Shown: positions 23,247 through 34,295, counted from the stretch's first letter. The stretch: 64,000 nucleotides of DNA from Nemertoderma westbladi (GCA_032718475.1 JAUCBJ010001482.1:1-64000), one strand, 5' to 3'. Numbers and translations: made by a program. Notes: a model not told the origin generated them from the letters alone.

Positions 23247-26200
23247 ATGAAAACAGGTCGTGTGATACAGACATATGGAGGGGGCCGCTACCCCCGATGA
23301 CATATCCGAGTCAGAGAAGATCAAGAAATAGGACGGACGAACCGCACCAGACAAGGGAAACTATACAGCACCCGTCGAATCCATTAGAAGCGCAGGCAAT
23401 GGGGATGGCCACGTTGATCGATGCGTTGAAAACGAGGATCGAATTACCACCCGTGGAACCGTTCAAATTCGATGGGAGTAGGCCGGAAGAATACTTACAG
23501 TTTCGGCGAATGTATAGTAACGAAATACTAACAAAAAACTTGACGCAGGCGGAGTGCCTAAAGTATCTACAAGTGTACACGGGAGGCCCAGCATACGATA
23601 TCGTGAGGCAATACCAAGGAATAGAGGGCGGCTTCACGACAGCATGGCGGGCACTGGATAGGGAATACGGGCACCCGGCCAAGATCATCAGGCAAACGCT
23701 AAGAGGCATAACATCGGGTGGCCTACAGGATAATCCCGTTAGCATTAAGACGTTTGCTAACAAAGTCGAGAAGGCACTGATCGTGCTGAAGACGCTAGAC
23801 GCGCCATACGAGCTCAACGCGTCCAATAACATCACCACGATAGCGCAGGCACTACCGAGCTGGCTGCGCAACAAATGGAGGAAGATCGCTTTCTCCACCA
23901 GAGATAAGAAGGGTGCGGAACCAGGTTTAGAAGAAATGTCAAACTTCTTAAATTACGAGGCTGAACTAATAACGGACCCAGTTTATAGTGAAGATAGCCT
24001 GGGAAAGGGACCAAAGACAGATCATTACAGGCCCAAACCAGAGCACAATACATCGAACGCGTTACCGAGACTCAGGCAATCATTGCCATATGCAGCGACG
24101 CAGGGGACTGCAAGTCCAAAGACAAGCGAAGATAAGACAACATCAAGGGACGGACAGGGGAACAACAACAACATGAAAAAACATAACCCCAGTACGTCCA
24201 GTAGGTCAAACCCAGTCAATAAGAATAGTAGGGACTTTGGTACGAATATAACTGCGATACGCAATGCATTATATAAAGAGGGCTACGACCCAAAGAGCAA
24301 ATGCCAGTTACACGCAAATGCGCTTCATAAAACCATGAACTGCAGGTACTGGCAGGCGCTACCGAGGCAAGACCAGATAGATTACGCGTCGAGCAATAAA
24401 ATCTGCTCGCGATGTGTGAAGAGTGGACACAAGGCCAGGGAATGCCAAGAGAAACCGGTCAAGTTTGGCCAAAGGAGAGGCCAGACGATGGCAACGAGCA
24501 CGGTAGGGGCGAATAAGAGAGGAACAGTGCTACTTGGAGTAGTACCAGTACGAGTGATCGGGGAAGGCAATCGATCAGTAACAACACTAATGCTGGTTGA
24601 TAGTGGAGCTGCCTTCACATTAGTTGAGGAATGGGTAGCCGAAGAAATAGGGTTGAGAACGAGGCCAAGCAGGATGGCGGTGACAACCATCTCTAGTAAA
24701 GATGAGATCCTAGAGATGAAGACAGGACGGTGCGCAATTGCAGCAGTGGCACCAGGATGCGACTATGGGGCAACCATCGACCCCATCCAAGTAATAGAGT
24801 CAATTAACATCAATGCCAGGCGGCCAACCAACATCGAGGTCGAGCAATACAAATTCCTGGATAACATTGACTTCTCAATCCCAAACGTGGACGTTAGGAA
24901 GGTATCCATCATAGTAGGCATGGACTGCCCAACGGCCCACGAGAGAATGCAAACGGTCTTCGGCGAAGACAAGCAGAGCGACCCGGTGGCCATATTAACG
25001 CCATTCGGGTGGACGCTGAGTGGTCCAATTAAGAGCAAGATACCATTCAGGATGTCGGAGACATCAGGATGCATGTTCGCGGGAACAATGCAGGAAATGG
25101 GTGACGAGGGAGCAGAGGAGCAGCTTAAAAGACTGCTCAGGCAGGACTGCGAGGGACTGAAAGAGACCGGAGTCGGGACCTCGGTAGAAGACAAGCAGGC
25201 TTTACAAAGTGTGGAGGAAACGATGACGTGTGATGAGGGGCGGTATACAATAGGAATGGTGTGGAAACTACCGAAGATACCGCTACCCGATAATAGAGGG
25301 ATGGTACTCACGAGACTCCGCAAGCTGAAACAAACACTACAACGGAGCCCCGAGAAGAACGAGTACATTCACAAAACCATAAAGAAGTACGTCGAGAAAG
25401 GATGGGCCGTGGAGTTACCGGTCGACGAACCGAACACGGACAGGACATACTACCTGCCACTCCACGTAGCCTTAGACCCAAAGAAAGGTAAACTTAGGAT
25501 GGTAGTCGATGCATCGGCAAAGACCGACGGAAAGTGCTTAAACGATTACCTACTAGAGGGCCCAAACATATACAATTCGGGCATAGAAGTACTACTTAGA
25601 TTTAGGAATGGGAAACACGCCTTCACGTGTGACATAGAAGGCATGTTCAACCAAGTCCGAGTAACAGAGGAAGATAGCGATAGTCAACGCTTCTTATGGT
25701 ATAACGGCGAAGAAGAACCGCCTATAATACCGGCATATAAGATGGTAGTACAAAACATGGGGGCCAAGTCGTCCTCATTTACGACGACTATGGCAGTGAG
25801 AGACACGGTAAAGGGGAAGGAGGATAGATATAGCAGTAGGGCCGTCGATATGATCAGACGCGGTTTCTACGTAGACGACGGCATGGAGTCTGGAAATACG
25901 GTTGAGGAGATACTGGAAACAGGGCGCGAGGTTCGCGACATCCTGAAAGGATCCGGCTTCAACCTGACCAAATTCCAATCCAGTTCAGAAGAATTTATCA
26001 GGGAAATAGAAGACAAGAAACCAGAATCGACCATGGACAACCCTACAACAGCCAAAGGACAGGACATGGCGATTAAGAGAGCGGAATCCCAGCAGAAGGC
26101 GCTGGGAATCGTGTGGGATAGAAAAACAGACGAACTGAAGTATCAGCTGAGCCAGGAGGGCGCAGACACCCATACGAAGAGGGGATACGTATCGTATATA

Positions 26201-28507
26201 GCAAGGATATACGATCCCCTAGGCCTAGCATCCCCATTACTAGTCACGGGGAAACAGATACTCAAGAGAGTATATAAGTTGAAGGATGTGTGGGACGTAG
26301 AGGTACCAGAAGACATTAAGAAACAGTGGAGCAAATGGACAGGAGACTTGGAGAGGATGGGAACATACAACATGCCGCGAGTGTATTTCCCGGACGGGAA
26401 CATGACGAATCTGGACCTACATATGTTCTCCGACGCGTCGTTAGAGGCATACGGAGCGGCACTCTATTTAGTACAACGAGAGGGGCCTCACAAGCCCAGA
26501 CTAGCCTTTAGCAAAGCTAAGTCAACGCCGCCAGATTCAGCATCTGTTCCCAAGTTAGAATTGACAGCCGCGAGACTAGGAGTTAGAGCCACAGCCTACC
26601 TAGTGGATACAATTCCCAACATAGTGGAGACACACTACTGGACGGACTCCATGGTAGTGCTTGGTTGGCTACACAACGAAAAGACGAGGTACCCGATATT
26701 CGTCGCGAATAGAGTGGACGAAATAAGGGCGAGCACAGAACTGGAAAGGTGGCACTACTGCCCAACAGACGAGAACCCAGCGGACTTGCTGTCGAGGGGC
26801 GTGGAACGCCACACTTTCTTAAAGAAAGAAGTATTGTGGCAACACGGGCCACAATTTCTGAGCGATAGGGAGGCCTGGCCGCCGATGAGGAAGGTGGACC
26901 CGGGCTCGGAAGTAGTATCAGAAGGAGAAGAAGGAGATTCAGAGGGAGAAGAGATATACTCCCAGATGGTGAGGGAGATCAGGGACGTGCAACCAGGAAG
27001 GGATCTGTGCGATAACCCGACGGATAAACTCCTCAGCTACAGTTCTAGTTGGTATAAGACCAAGAAACTAGTGGCGTACTGGAGAGCCTTTGGGAATTTC
27101 CTTGCGGGAGTCGGCAAGGACAAGAAGACCAGGACAACCATAGATCTGGAAGGAGCGGCCAAGGCAGTGATCCGCTATGAACAACGCAAGAACTACGGCG
27201 ACGAGGTGGAACGTGTCGGTAACCAACAACATCTCCGACGGGATAGCGAGTTGATCACGCTGTCGCCACAACTCAACGAGGAAGGGATTCTAGTAATGAA
27301 TTCTAGGGTGGGATATAACAACAGTATAGTCGTGCCACCGAAACCCATCATCATTCCAACAGGATCGCCTATAGTCCACCAGATCATATGGGACTCCCAC
27401 AAATCGATACTGCATGGGGGCACCAACCGAACCCTCACAGAGATAAGGAGGACCTATTGGGTCAAACAATTAAGGAAGAAGGTTAAAGCGGTAGTTGGGC
27501 AGTGTCAGACCTGCCGACGAGCGAAGAAGGAGCGAGCCGTACAGGAGATGGCGCCACTACCGGCGAGTAGGGTAAGACAGCACGACCCGCCATTTACGCA
27601 TTGCGGTGTGGACATGTTCGGGCCGATAAAGATCAAGGTGATGCGACACACGGAGAAACGCTACGGTATTATCTTCGTATGCAACAATACGCGGGCGGTA
27701 GGGATAGAACTCGCCCAAGATGCAACCGCATCAGCATTCATTAACGCCTTAGAAAGGTTTAGGGACCGCAAAGGTGGGACGATCGCAGTGATATACAGCG
27801 ACAACGGCACCAACTTTGTGGGCGCAGAGAGTGAGATGGCAGAGGCCTTAGACATCTTGGAGGGAGAAGAAGTCAGGGCGGCCATGAGAAGACGACAAGT
27901 GAAGTGGGAGAGACGGACGCCGTATGCACCACATACACTTGGATGCGTCGAAAGACTGGTGGGCAGTTCGAAACGTCTAATGACAAAGCTGATGAACACC
28001 CACATGGTCACTGAAGACGTCTTACGGACAGTACTTGCAAAGTGCGAGGGGATCATTAATAGCAGACCGCTATACCCGGAGAATGATGACCCTGAGTCAT
28101 TAGACGTGTTGACGCCTAGCCATTTCCTGATGGAAAGGCCAGCGACCATAGATATGCGGGGTGTAGACCCAGATGATATACACTCCCGCCAAAGTTGGAA
28201 AGTAGCTAAAGCGATTAGCGCAGAGTATTGGAGGAGGTGGGTAGAAGAATACCTACCCACACTCCATAAGCGAAGCAAGTGGAGGAAGCCAAACAGGGAG
28301 TTGAGAGAGGGAGATCTCGTAATCGTCACGGATGATACTATCATCAACAACCAATGGCGGTTGGCGAGAGTTGTAGGCACCTACTCAGACGAGGACGGAA
28401 GAGTCCGTTCGGTAGAAGTGCGGATAGGTGGAAAGATAGGTGCGAAAGACAGAAAAACCTACAGGAGAGCAGTAGGTAAATGCTGTCTTCTAGAAGGGGC
28501 ACCTTAA
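23114..28507 (+). CDS. pol: BEL gag-pol polyprotein (DUF1759 gag, knuckles, protease, RT, RNase H, integrase)
   Basis: Motifs PFKFDGS, CSRCVKSGHKAREC, LVDSGA, YLPLH, CDIEGMFNQV, FYVDD, IYDPLG, FSDAS, WTDS, ENPADLLSRG, H-H-C-C, GVDMFGP, SDNGTNF, VERLVG and LTPSHFL. Confidence 0.97.
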   Translation: MYGPQHININPSTRHTGGGGGQGDIPPSQYQQYTPTGTRTTRPLDENRSCDTDIWRGPLPPMTYPSQRRSRNRTDEPHQTRETIQHPSNPLEAQAMGMATLIDALKTRIELPPVEPFKFDGSRPEEYLQFRRMYSNEILTKNLTQAECLKYLQVYTGGPAYDIVRQYQGIEGGFTTAWRALDREYGHPAKIIRQTLRGITSGGLQDNPVSIKTFANKVEKALIVLKTLDAPYELNASNNITTIAQALPSWLRNKWRKIAFSTRDKKGAEPGLEEMSNFLNYEAELITDPVYSEDSLGKGPKTDHYRPKPEHNTSNALPRLRQSLPYAATQGTASPKTSEDKTTSRDGQGNNNNMKKHNPSTSSRSNPVNKNSRDFGTNITAIRNALYKEGYDPKSKCQLHANALHKTMNCRYWQALPRQDQIDYASSNKICSRCVKSGHKARECQEKPVKFGQRRGQTMATSTVGANKRGTVLLGVVPVRVIGEGNRSVTTLMLVDSGAAFTLVEEWVAEEIGLRTRPSRMAVTTISSKDEILEMKTGRCAIAAVAPGCDYGATIDPIQVIESININARRPTNIEVEQYKFLDNIDFSIPNVDVRKVSIIVGMDCPTAHERMQTVFGEDKQSDPVAILTPFGWTLSGPIKSKIPFRMSETSGCMFAGTMQEMGDEGAEEQLKRLLRQDCEGLKETGVGTSVEDKQALQSVEETMTCDEGRYTIGMVWKLPKIPLPDNRGMVLTRLRKLKQTLQRSPEKNEYIHKTIKKYVEKGWAVELPVDEPNTDRTYYLPLHVALDPKKGKLRMVVDASAKTDGKCLNDYLLEGPNIYNSGIEVLLRFRNGKHAFTCDIEGMFNQVRVTEEDSDSQRFLWYNGEEEPPIIPAYKMVVQNMGAKSSSFTTTMAVRDTVKGKEDRYSSRAVDMIRRGFYVDDGMESGNTVEEILETGREVRDILKGSGFNLTKFQSSSEEFIREIEDKKPESTMDNPTTAKGQDMAIKRAESQQKALGIVWDRKTDELKYQLSQEGADTHTKRGYVSYIARIYDPLGLASPLLVTGKQILKRVYKLKDVWDVEVPEDIKKQWSKWTGDLERMGTYNMPRVYFPDGNMTNLDLHMFSDASLEAYGAALYLVQREGPHKPRLAFSKAKSTPPDSASVPKLELTAARLGVRATAYLVDTIPNIVETHYWTDSMVVLGWLHNEKTRYPIFVANRVDEIRASTELERWHYCPTDENPADLLSRGVERHTFLKKEVLWQHGPQFLSDREAWPPMRKVDPGSEVVSEGEEGDSEGEEIYSQMVREIRDVQPGRDLCDNPTDKLLSYSSSWYKTKKLVAYWRAFGNFLAGVGKDKKTRTTIDLEGAAKAVIRYEQRKNYGDEVERVGNQQHLRRDSELITLSPQLNEEGILVMNSRVGYNNSIVVPPKPIIIPTGSPIVHQIIWDSHKSILHGGTNRTLTEIRRTYWVKQLRKKVKAVVGQCQTCRRAKKERAVQEMAPLPASRVRQHDPPFTHCGVDMFGPIKIKVMRHTEKRYGIIFVCNNTRAVGIELAQDATASAFINALERFRDRKGGTIAVIYSDNGTNFVGAESEMAEALDILEGEEVRAAMRRRQVKWERRTPYAPHTLGCVERLVGSSKRLMTKLMNTHMVTEDVLRTVLAKCEGIINSRPLYPENDDPESLDVLTPSHFLMERPATIDMRGVDPDDIHSRQSWKVAKAISAEYWRRWVEEYLPTLHKRSKWRKPNRELREGDLVIVTDDTIINNQWRLARVVGTYSDEDGRVRSVEVRIGGKIGAKDRKTYRRAVGKCCLLEGAP

Positions 28508-28614
28508 ATTAGAGTTAGTGTGAAGTTTAGTCGTCCAAGTTTTGGACTGAGGGGGGTGGGATTGAGGGCGAGACGCCCTTCCCACACAAATAAAAATAAA
28601 ATAAAATAAAAATA

Positions 28615-29250
28615 ATAGTTAGAGAGTCAGTAGGCACGTAGTACCTAGAGTTAGTTAGTTAGTAGGTACGTAGTACCTAGAGTTAGTTAGTTAGTAGGTA
28701 CGTAGTACCTAGAGTTAGTTAGTTAGTAGGTACGTAGTACCTAGAGTTAGAGAGTTAGTAGGTACGTAGTACCTAGAGTTAGTTAATTAGTAGGTACGTA
28801 GTACCTAGAGTTAGAGTTAGAGGGTACGTAGTACCAATAGTTAGTTAGAGTTAGAGGGTACGTAGTACCGATAGTTAGAGAGCTAGTAGGTACGTAGTAC
28901 CTAGTTAGAGTTAGAGTTAGAGGGTACGTAATGCCTAGTTAGAGTTAGAGTTAGAGGGTAGGTAGTACCGATAGAGTTAGAGTTAGTAGGTACGTAGTAC
29001 CTAGTTAGAGTTAGAGTTAGAGGGTACGTAATGCCTAGTTAGAGTTAGAGTTAGAGGGTAGGTAGTACCGATAGAGTTAGAGTTAGTAGGTACGTAGTAC
29101 CTAGTTAGAGTTAGAGTTAGAGGGTACGTAATGCCTAGTTAGAGTTAGAGTTAGAGGGTAGGTAGTACCGATAGAGTTAGAGTTAGTAGGTACGTAGTAC
29201 CTAGTTAGAGTTAGAGTTAGAGGGTACGTAGTACCATTAGTTAGAGAGAG
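28615..29250 (+). repeat. Tandem array inside the BEL element between pol and ORF3
   Basis: ~32-bp units (TAGAGTTAGTTAGTTAGTAGGTACGTAGTACC) grading into a ~99-bp higher-order repeat. Confidence 0.92.
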
Positions 29251-29744
29251 AGAGTAAGAGGTAAAAGGGGTAAAATAGGATATAGATATTAGTTAGCAGT
29301 AAGTAGAGTTAGTAGCGAGAGGGGGGCATATGAGTACAGCTGGATAAATCGTGTGGCCACACGACGCATACTGCTGTGCTGCATAGGCCCACAGAGTAGG
29401 CCAGAATATGGATCAGAGAATAGAATAAATCCATAGGCAGTAGTAAGTAGTAGGACAGTAGAATCAAAGCAAAATAAATAAATAAATAGAATAGGGCTAA
29501 AATCGGAAAATAGTGGTAACACAAGGAAAGTCGTTCTAGAACATAATAAAAGTAACGGACGGAAATCGTAAATTAGGCTGATTTACTAGCTCCGAAATTA
29601 ATTAGATTAAATTAAGCTTGAAAGGCGCAGTTAAGTAGAAAAGTAGGCCATTATCGAACTGTAGGAAACATCTCAATACATCACTCATCTGTATTGCGCC
29701 TTGGTAAGGCACCACCCTGCAGGTGAGCGAGTGTAGTGTTCGGA

Positions 29745-32279
29745 ATGGCGAGTAAGCTGATCAGGAAGAGAAAGGCGGAGTCAGGAGGAAAAGAAATATT
29801 GGTGGATTTCACCGAAAGACACCCGGAGGAGAAGACGAGAGGATACTACGAGAGGTTGGAAAGGGGTCACGCGGCACGAGCGCTGCAGGATCACTTCCGG
29901 GAGGCGCACGAACAGCGGTTGGTCGGGACCTACGGGACGCCGTCGCTGGATAACGCGATCTTCCAACACTTCCACTACGTGGTGAAAGGAGACGAGACGA
30001 AGTTCGGGATTCCGAAGTATCCGAGGGAATCGCCGAGGAAGGACTGGAAAAGATTCATAGAGTCCGTCAACAGAGGAGGATATATGATCCTAGATGACGA
30101 GGGAACCGTGGAAGACGAAGCGGGTTCGAGACGAGGAACGGCAGGGTCGGCCAGGACCATACTCTTGCATTTGGCAGCGCCAAATGGGGACATCTTCTTA
30201 TTCGACCTAGGGACGTATGGGAAGAAGGACGGGCCGAAATTAGACCGACTGCCGAAAGCGGTACAGGTCTTAGTAAGAGAGAAGTCGACGACGAAAGTGG
30301 GATCGGCGATTCGCGAGGACGCGGAGAGGATCATCGGTCCGGACGCCACCAACCTCCTGGATATGCAGAAAGTCTTTATGGCTATGACGGCACCGGATGG
30401 ATTGGGGGTGGTCGAGAACTCAGGCCAATGCGGGGCGGTGGCGATGGGCCAATTATTGTGGCTCGTATGCCACAAACCAATGGATTGGGGGAAGTTTAGG
30501 GAAGAATACGGAGCAGAACTAGCGAACTCGCTGAAGTGGAGAGCGAGACCGGGAAAGCAGGAGGTAAATCAGTTTCGCAGAGGAGCGATAAAGGTATATC
30601 AGAAGCGATATATCCTGCAGGAGGACTGGATGATGATAAGTTTACTTAACTTATTCATGACCATAGTTATCGAAAGAGAACCGGGGGCATTTCTGTTATC
30701 GGGATCACCCCTAAGCTACAGGAGAGCCTTTAAGACGGCCTTTGACGGTCTGGTAGACCACCCGGGGCTGAAGGGCGAGTCGGTGTACTACAACAGCCGA
30801 CATCTGGTAGATGGGGAGACGGACACACCGTATCAGAGATGGGAGCAGCTAGAGATGGATAGACGGGAAGCAAAGCGACTGGAAGAAGTCGGTAGACGGG
30901 AGAGGATAGAAGCAGAGGAGAGGGAAGAGGAGGCCAGGGCACAGAGTTACGGCTTCGAGGAACAGGCGGGCCTAGACGAACTTCATTGGACTTCGTCGGG
31001 GAGTTCGGGGGAGTCTCTAGGGCGAGAATTGGGATGGACGGTGGGATCGCCGAAACAGTCGACGTCGGGGTTGCAAACGACGCCCATACCAGCGGGCGCC
31101 GAGGGCGACCAACCGCCAAGGAAGTTAAGGGAGCTAGAGGGATGGAGAGCTACGGGCGAGAGCCAAGGCGGGAAGGGACATAGTGGATCCACCGGGATAC
31201 CGGGATTGGAGACACTACCAGAAGAGGAGGACGACGACGACGAGTTCGGAGAGATACCGCCCATCGAGAGGATAGGCCACTCGGACACGGACTGGGTTGG
31301 CGGAAGGGTGGTGACGGCCAGTGGGGCGAGGGCCTTCTGGAACAGATCCGGCAAGCGGACCTGGGTGCACGAGGGGCCGGCGATGGATTTCGCGGAGAGC
31401 ACCATCAGGTTGGGCGAGCAACCGGGGACGGCACCACGGATAGTATTCGGGGAGACGATGCCCGAGAGGGGCGGAGAGATCGACGTAAACAGGGAGAGCA
31501 ACGTGGAGAAGTTTGCCTACCAACGACTCCATAGACCGCGGAGATCGCTTGGGACGAAGGACGAGGTGGGACGCGAGACATTGGTACTCGGCTGCGACTA
31601 CTGTGGGAGACAGACCCATCGGGAAAGCAGCTGCCTATACCGGTTCCAACGGGGAACCTTTTGTCTCTATTGTAGAGAACCAAGTCACAGGATGGGGGCG
31701 TGTCCACGGTTGCATTACCGATGTCCAAAGTGCCACTTTCGGGGGCACTACGGACGCGAGTGCGACTGGATGAGCGACGAGGAGAAGTTCACGAGGTTCG
31801 AGGAGTGGGCCGACGTGGGGGCCATGACGTGCCAGCGCATGAAGGCCCAAGAGTTCAAGTGGGGTTTCTTCCTCATAAACCAGGAGACCCACATGGAAAT
31901 CATAAAGCGAAGGTTACCGTTTACCTATCAAGAGGTAGCTACGGCGGCATCGTTCGCCGGAGTTATGAACACGCAACGGTACCTGGACAGGTGGACACCA
32001 GAGAACCAGAGGGAATTTAGGGATTTCTTGGCGGAACACGTACCAAAGGCAATGAAGATGATCCTATGGGACGCCACACGAGGGAAACAACCAGGCCATT
32101 CTGAGGGGCCACCGGCGAAGCGGTATCGGGCTTTAATAACACCAGCGCCCAAGGAGCCGACGACCGGGATCAGCAAGGAAGTGGCAGCAAAGGTCCGGAA
32201 GCAGAAAGCGGATGATGCCAGAGGAGCGGTGATAACCAAGAAACGGGCCAGGGAGGAGGACGTGAGGAGGTACAAATAA
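29745..32279 (+). CDS. BEL ORF3: DEDDy/DnaQ-like 3'-5' exonuclease-like domain plus three CCHC zinc knuckles
   Basis: Exonuclease-like motifs ILDDEG (ExoI D-x-E), ILLHLA..IFLFDL, LPKAVQVLV..KVGSAIRED (ExoII), LLDMQ and YQKRYILQED (ExoIII-like). Knuckles CDYCGRQTHRESSC, CLYCREPSHRMGAC and CPKCHFRGHYGREC. First ATG at 29745. Confidence 0.8.
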   Translation: MASKLIRKRKAESGGKEILVDFTERHPEEKTRGYYERLERGHAARALQDHFREAHEQRLVGTYGTPSLDNAIFQHFHYVVKGDETKFGIPKYPRESPRKDWKRFIESVNRGGYMILDDEGTVEDEAGSRRGTAGSARTILLHLAAPNGDIFLFDLGTYGKKDGPKLDRLPKAVQVLVREKSTTKVGSAIREDAERIIGPDATNLLDMQKVFMAMTAPDGLGVVENSGQCGAVAMGQLLWLVCHKPMDWGKFREEYGAELANSLKWRARPGKQEVNQFRRGAIKVYQKRYILQEDWMMISLLNLFMTIVIEREPGAFLLSGSPLSYRRAFKTAFDGLVDHPGLKGESVYYNSRHLVDGETDTPYQRWEQLEMDRREAKRLEEVGRRERIEAEEREEEARAQSYGFEEQAGLDELHWTSSGSSGESLGRELGWTVGSPKQSTSGLQTTPIPAGAEGDQPPRKLRELEGWRATGESQGGKGHSGSTGIPGLETLPEEEDDDDEFGEIPPIERIGHSDTDWVGGRVVTASGARAFWNRSGKRTWVHEGPAMDFAESTIRLGEQPGTAPRIVFGETMPERGGEIDVNRESNVEKFAYQRLHRPRRSLGTKDEVGRETLVLGCDYCGRQTHRESSCLYRFQRGTFCLYCREPSHRMGACPRLHYRCPKCHFRGHYGRECDWMSDEEKFTRFEEWADVGAMTCQRMKAQEFKWGFFLINQETHMEIIKRRLPFTYQEVATAASFAGVMNTQRYLDRWTPENQREFRDFLAEHVPKAMKMILWDATRGKQPGHSEGPPAKRYRALITPAPKEPTTGISKEVAAKVRKQKADDARGAVITKKRAREEDVRRYK

Positions 32280-32992
32280 GTTCCCGGAGGCAAGGGAATG
32301 AGACTGAGACTGGGACGTGGTGCGCCTGGAAGGCGCCGCATGTAACGTACGAACTATTAAGTATAGATTTAATTAATGCAAATAACTATATAAGTGCAAT
32401 TCGTATGTACGTACGTAGTAATTAGCAGTAAAATACATACGTTTGGAGTAAGTACTATAGTCATGCAACCTTTCTCAATTAGCTACTGGGACTGGGGGAC
32501 AATTGACTATGGCACTATGGACGAGACAACTGACAATTTCACACTTCTTGAGTGCGGCGGCACGAGAGGGGGGGGAGGTTCGTCAGGAGAGATAAAATGG
32601 TCAAAGTGGACTTGAGAATCGGAATAAGAGTGATAGAGTGAAGTGCGGAGAGAGTGCGAACGCAATCCTAGTGTGGGGGGGGAGAATGAGAGGCTGAGTA
32701 AGGGACGAGGAGGTCCGGGGGTATGAGAGAGTTAGGGTGAGAGTGAAGGTGAGATAGGGCGAAAGTGTTGGGGAAACAAAAATCGCGTGAAGAGGTGAGC
32801 GCGATCGGCCCGACATGAGACGCCAGGCGTAAAGGGTAGCGTTATCATACCCAGAGGGAGCGGCCCGGAAAGCCGACTCCGAGAGAAAAGATTTCCACCC
32901 CACACCCGATACTAGATCGGGATCCAGCGGGATTGTAGCGCACTTTTTTGGTTGATGCTATCTTCTTACCGGGAAGATAGCATGGGGGGGAG

Positions 32993-33529
32993 TGTTAGCT
33001 TATTCAATCCCGCCAACACCCCATAAAGTTATTAGCCGATAAGCAATATTGGGAGCCACGAGATTGGGTAATTAACCAACTCGCGCCATCCCAATAAGAA
33101 TGGGAAGGAAGCACACAATAGAGGGTCAGGGGCCAAACCCCTAACCCAAGGAGAGCAGGTGGAGTGAACGGGAATACTCCACGGGGCGCCAACAAGGGTA
33201 TTAACCAATCAGAGGGGGGAATGGCATCGATTGAGTAGCAGTAAGGCCACCGTGCAATATAACCAATAACCTATTAATCAGTGATTCAGTTATCTCAGTG
33301 CAGCAGTGCTAGCGTAGGGTACAGCCAATTAGTTTAGTTAGGGGATCACGGGACTTTAGTTACCGTATCCCGCCTTGTACACATTCACAATATATCTATA
33401 TCTTATAACCTCTTATTATACACCGAACTTCAGAACTCAGTTATCTTTATTCCACTCTTATACACGGCGGGGACGCGTGGACTAAATACCACACCGGATA
33501 AATCGGGATCCCTCCTGGATCCCGTCACA
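32993..33529 (+). repeat. 3' LTR of BEL/Pao element 2
   Basis: Direct repeat of 19416-19952, preceded by the PPT and followed by the TSD. Confidence 0.97.
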
Positions 33530-34024
33530 GAGCTGAGTCGAGTTAAATCGCCGCCAAAACGACCAAGTCAATGCTTATTGGGATTGGGACTGAATATATC
33601 ATTGCAGAATTCGGTGAACAATACTAATATATAAATTTTGCACTACTGTCCTTTCCTTATACTGTATTTAAAACAATTATGAATTGTATACTAATAAGGC
33701 CAGCAACAATAATGTGCTGTATCCACGAATATCTATATTCTAGAAGAGAAGTAGAGAACACAAATAAACTATGCATATTTTATAAAGATACGATACGATA
33801 CGAATACAGTTTCGTGTAGTTTAGCCACGAGTTTAGTACTGGTATTATTTCGAATATATTTCATAGCTAAGTGAAAGAACAGTTTTCCAGTACTGCTATG
33901 ACAAACATTTGGTTTTGTGTCATAAAATTTCAATGAAACTTCTACTTATATATTTTTTCGGTAAATTGCTTCGCAAATTTGGCAAAGTTTTGGAACTTCG
34001 TTTAAAAATTTAGCATCTGATGAT

Positions 34025-34295
34025 CCACCTATAGAAATGCTATACACAAAATTCGCAAAGATCGCGACGTTCGCGAAACTCTCCACCTATAGTATTGCTG
34101 AAAAGAAATCCTACCACCTATATCTATCTATATAATCTACCTATAGTATTGCAAACGTCGTGATCTTCGCGATATTTTTGTGTTTACCAATTACTAAAGG
34201 TTAAACTTTGCAAACGTCGCGATCTTCGCGATATTTTGTGTTTACCAGTACTATATGTGGAGCTTCGCAAACGTCGCGACCTTCGCGAATGTTCT
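34025..34295. repeat. Cluster of direct and inverted TTCGCAAA-GATCGCGACGTT motifs (MITE-like subterminal repeats)
   Basis: One copy at ~34052-34095 is inverted relative to three copies at 34150-34290. Confidence 0.55.

Larger units (their letters stand above)
19416..33529 (+). mobile_element. Full-length BEL/Pao LTR retrotransposon (14.1 kb) with an extra ORF3
   Basis: 537-bp LTRs (TGTT..CACA) that appear identical. TSD GAGCT at 19411-19415 and 33530-33534. PPT GGGGGGGAG before 32993. Intact pol. Confidence 0.98.

Noticed and set aside
28615-29250. Interstitial telomere
   Set aside because: Units are TTAG/TTAGAG mixed with GGTACGTAGTACC rather than TTAGGG/TTAGG runs, and the array lies inside an LTR element.
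29745-32279. ORF3 as an envelope gene
   Set aside because: No signal peptide, no transmembrane anchor and no glycoprotein-like Cys pattern; nuclease-like and knuckle motifs are present instead.
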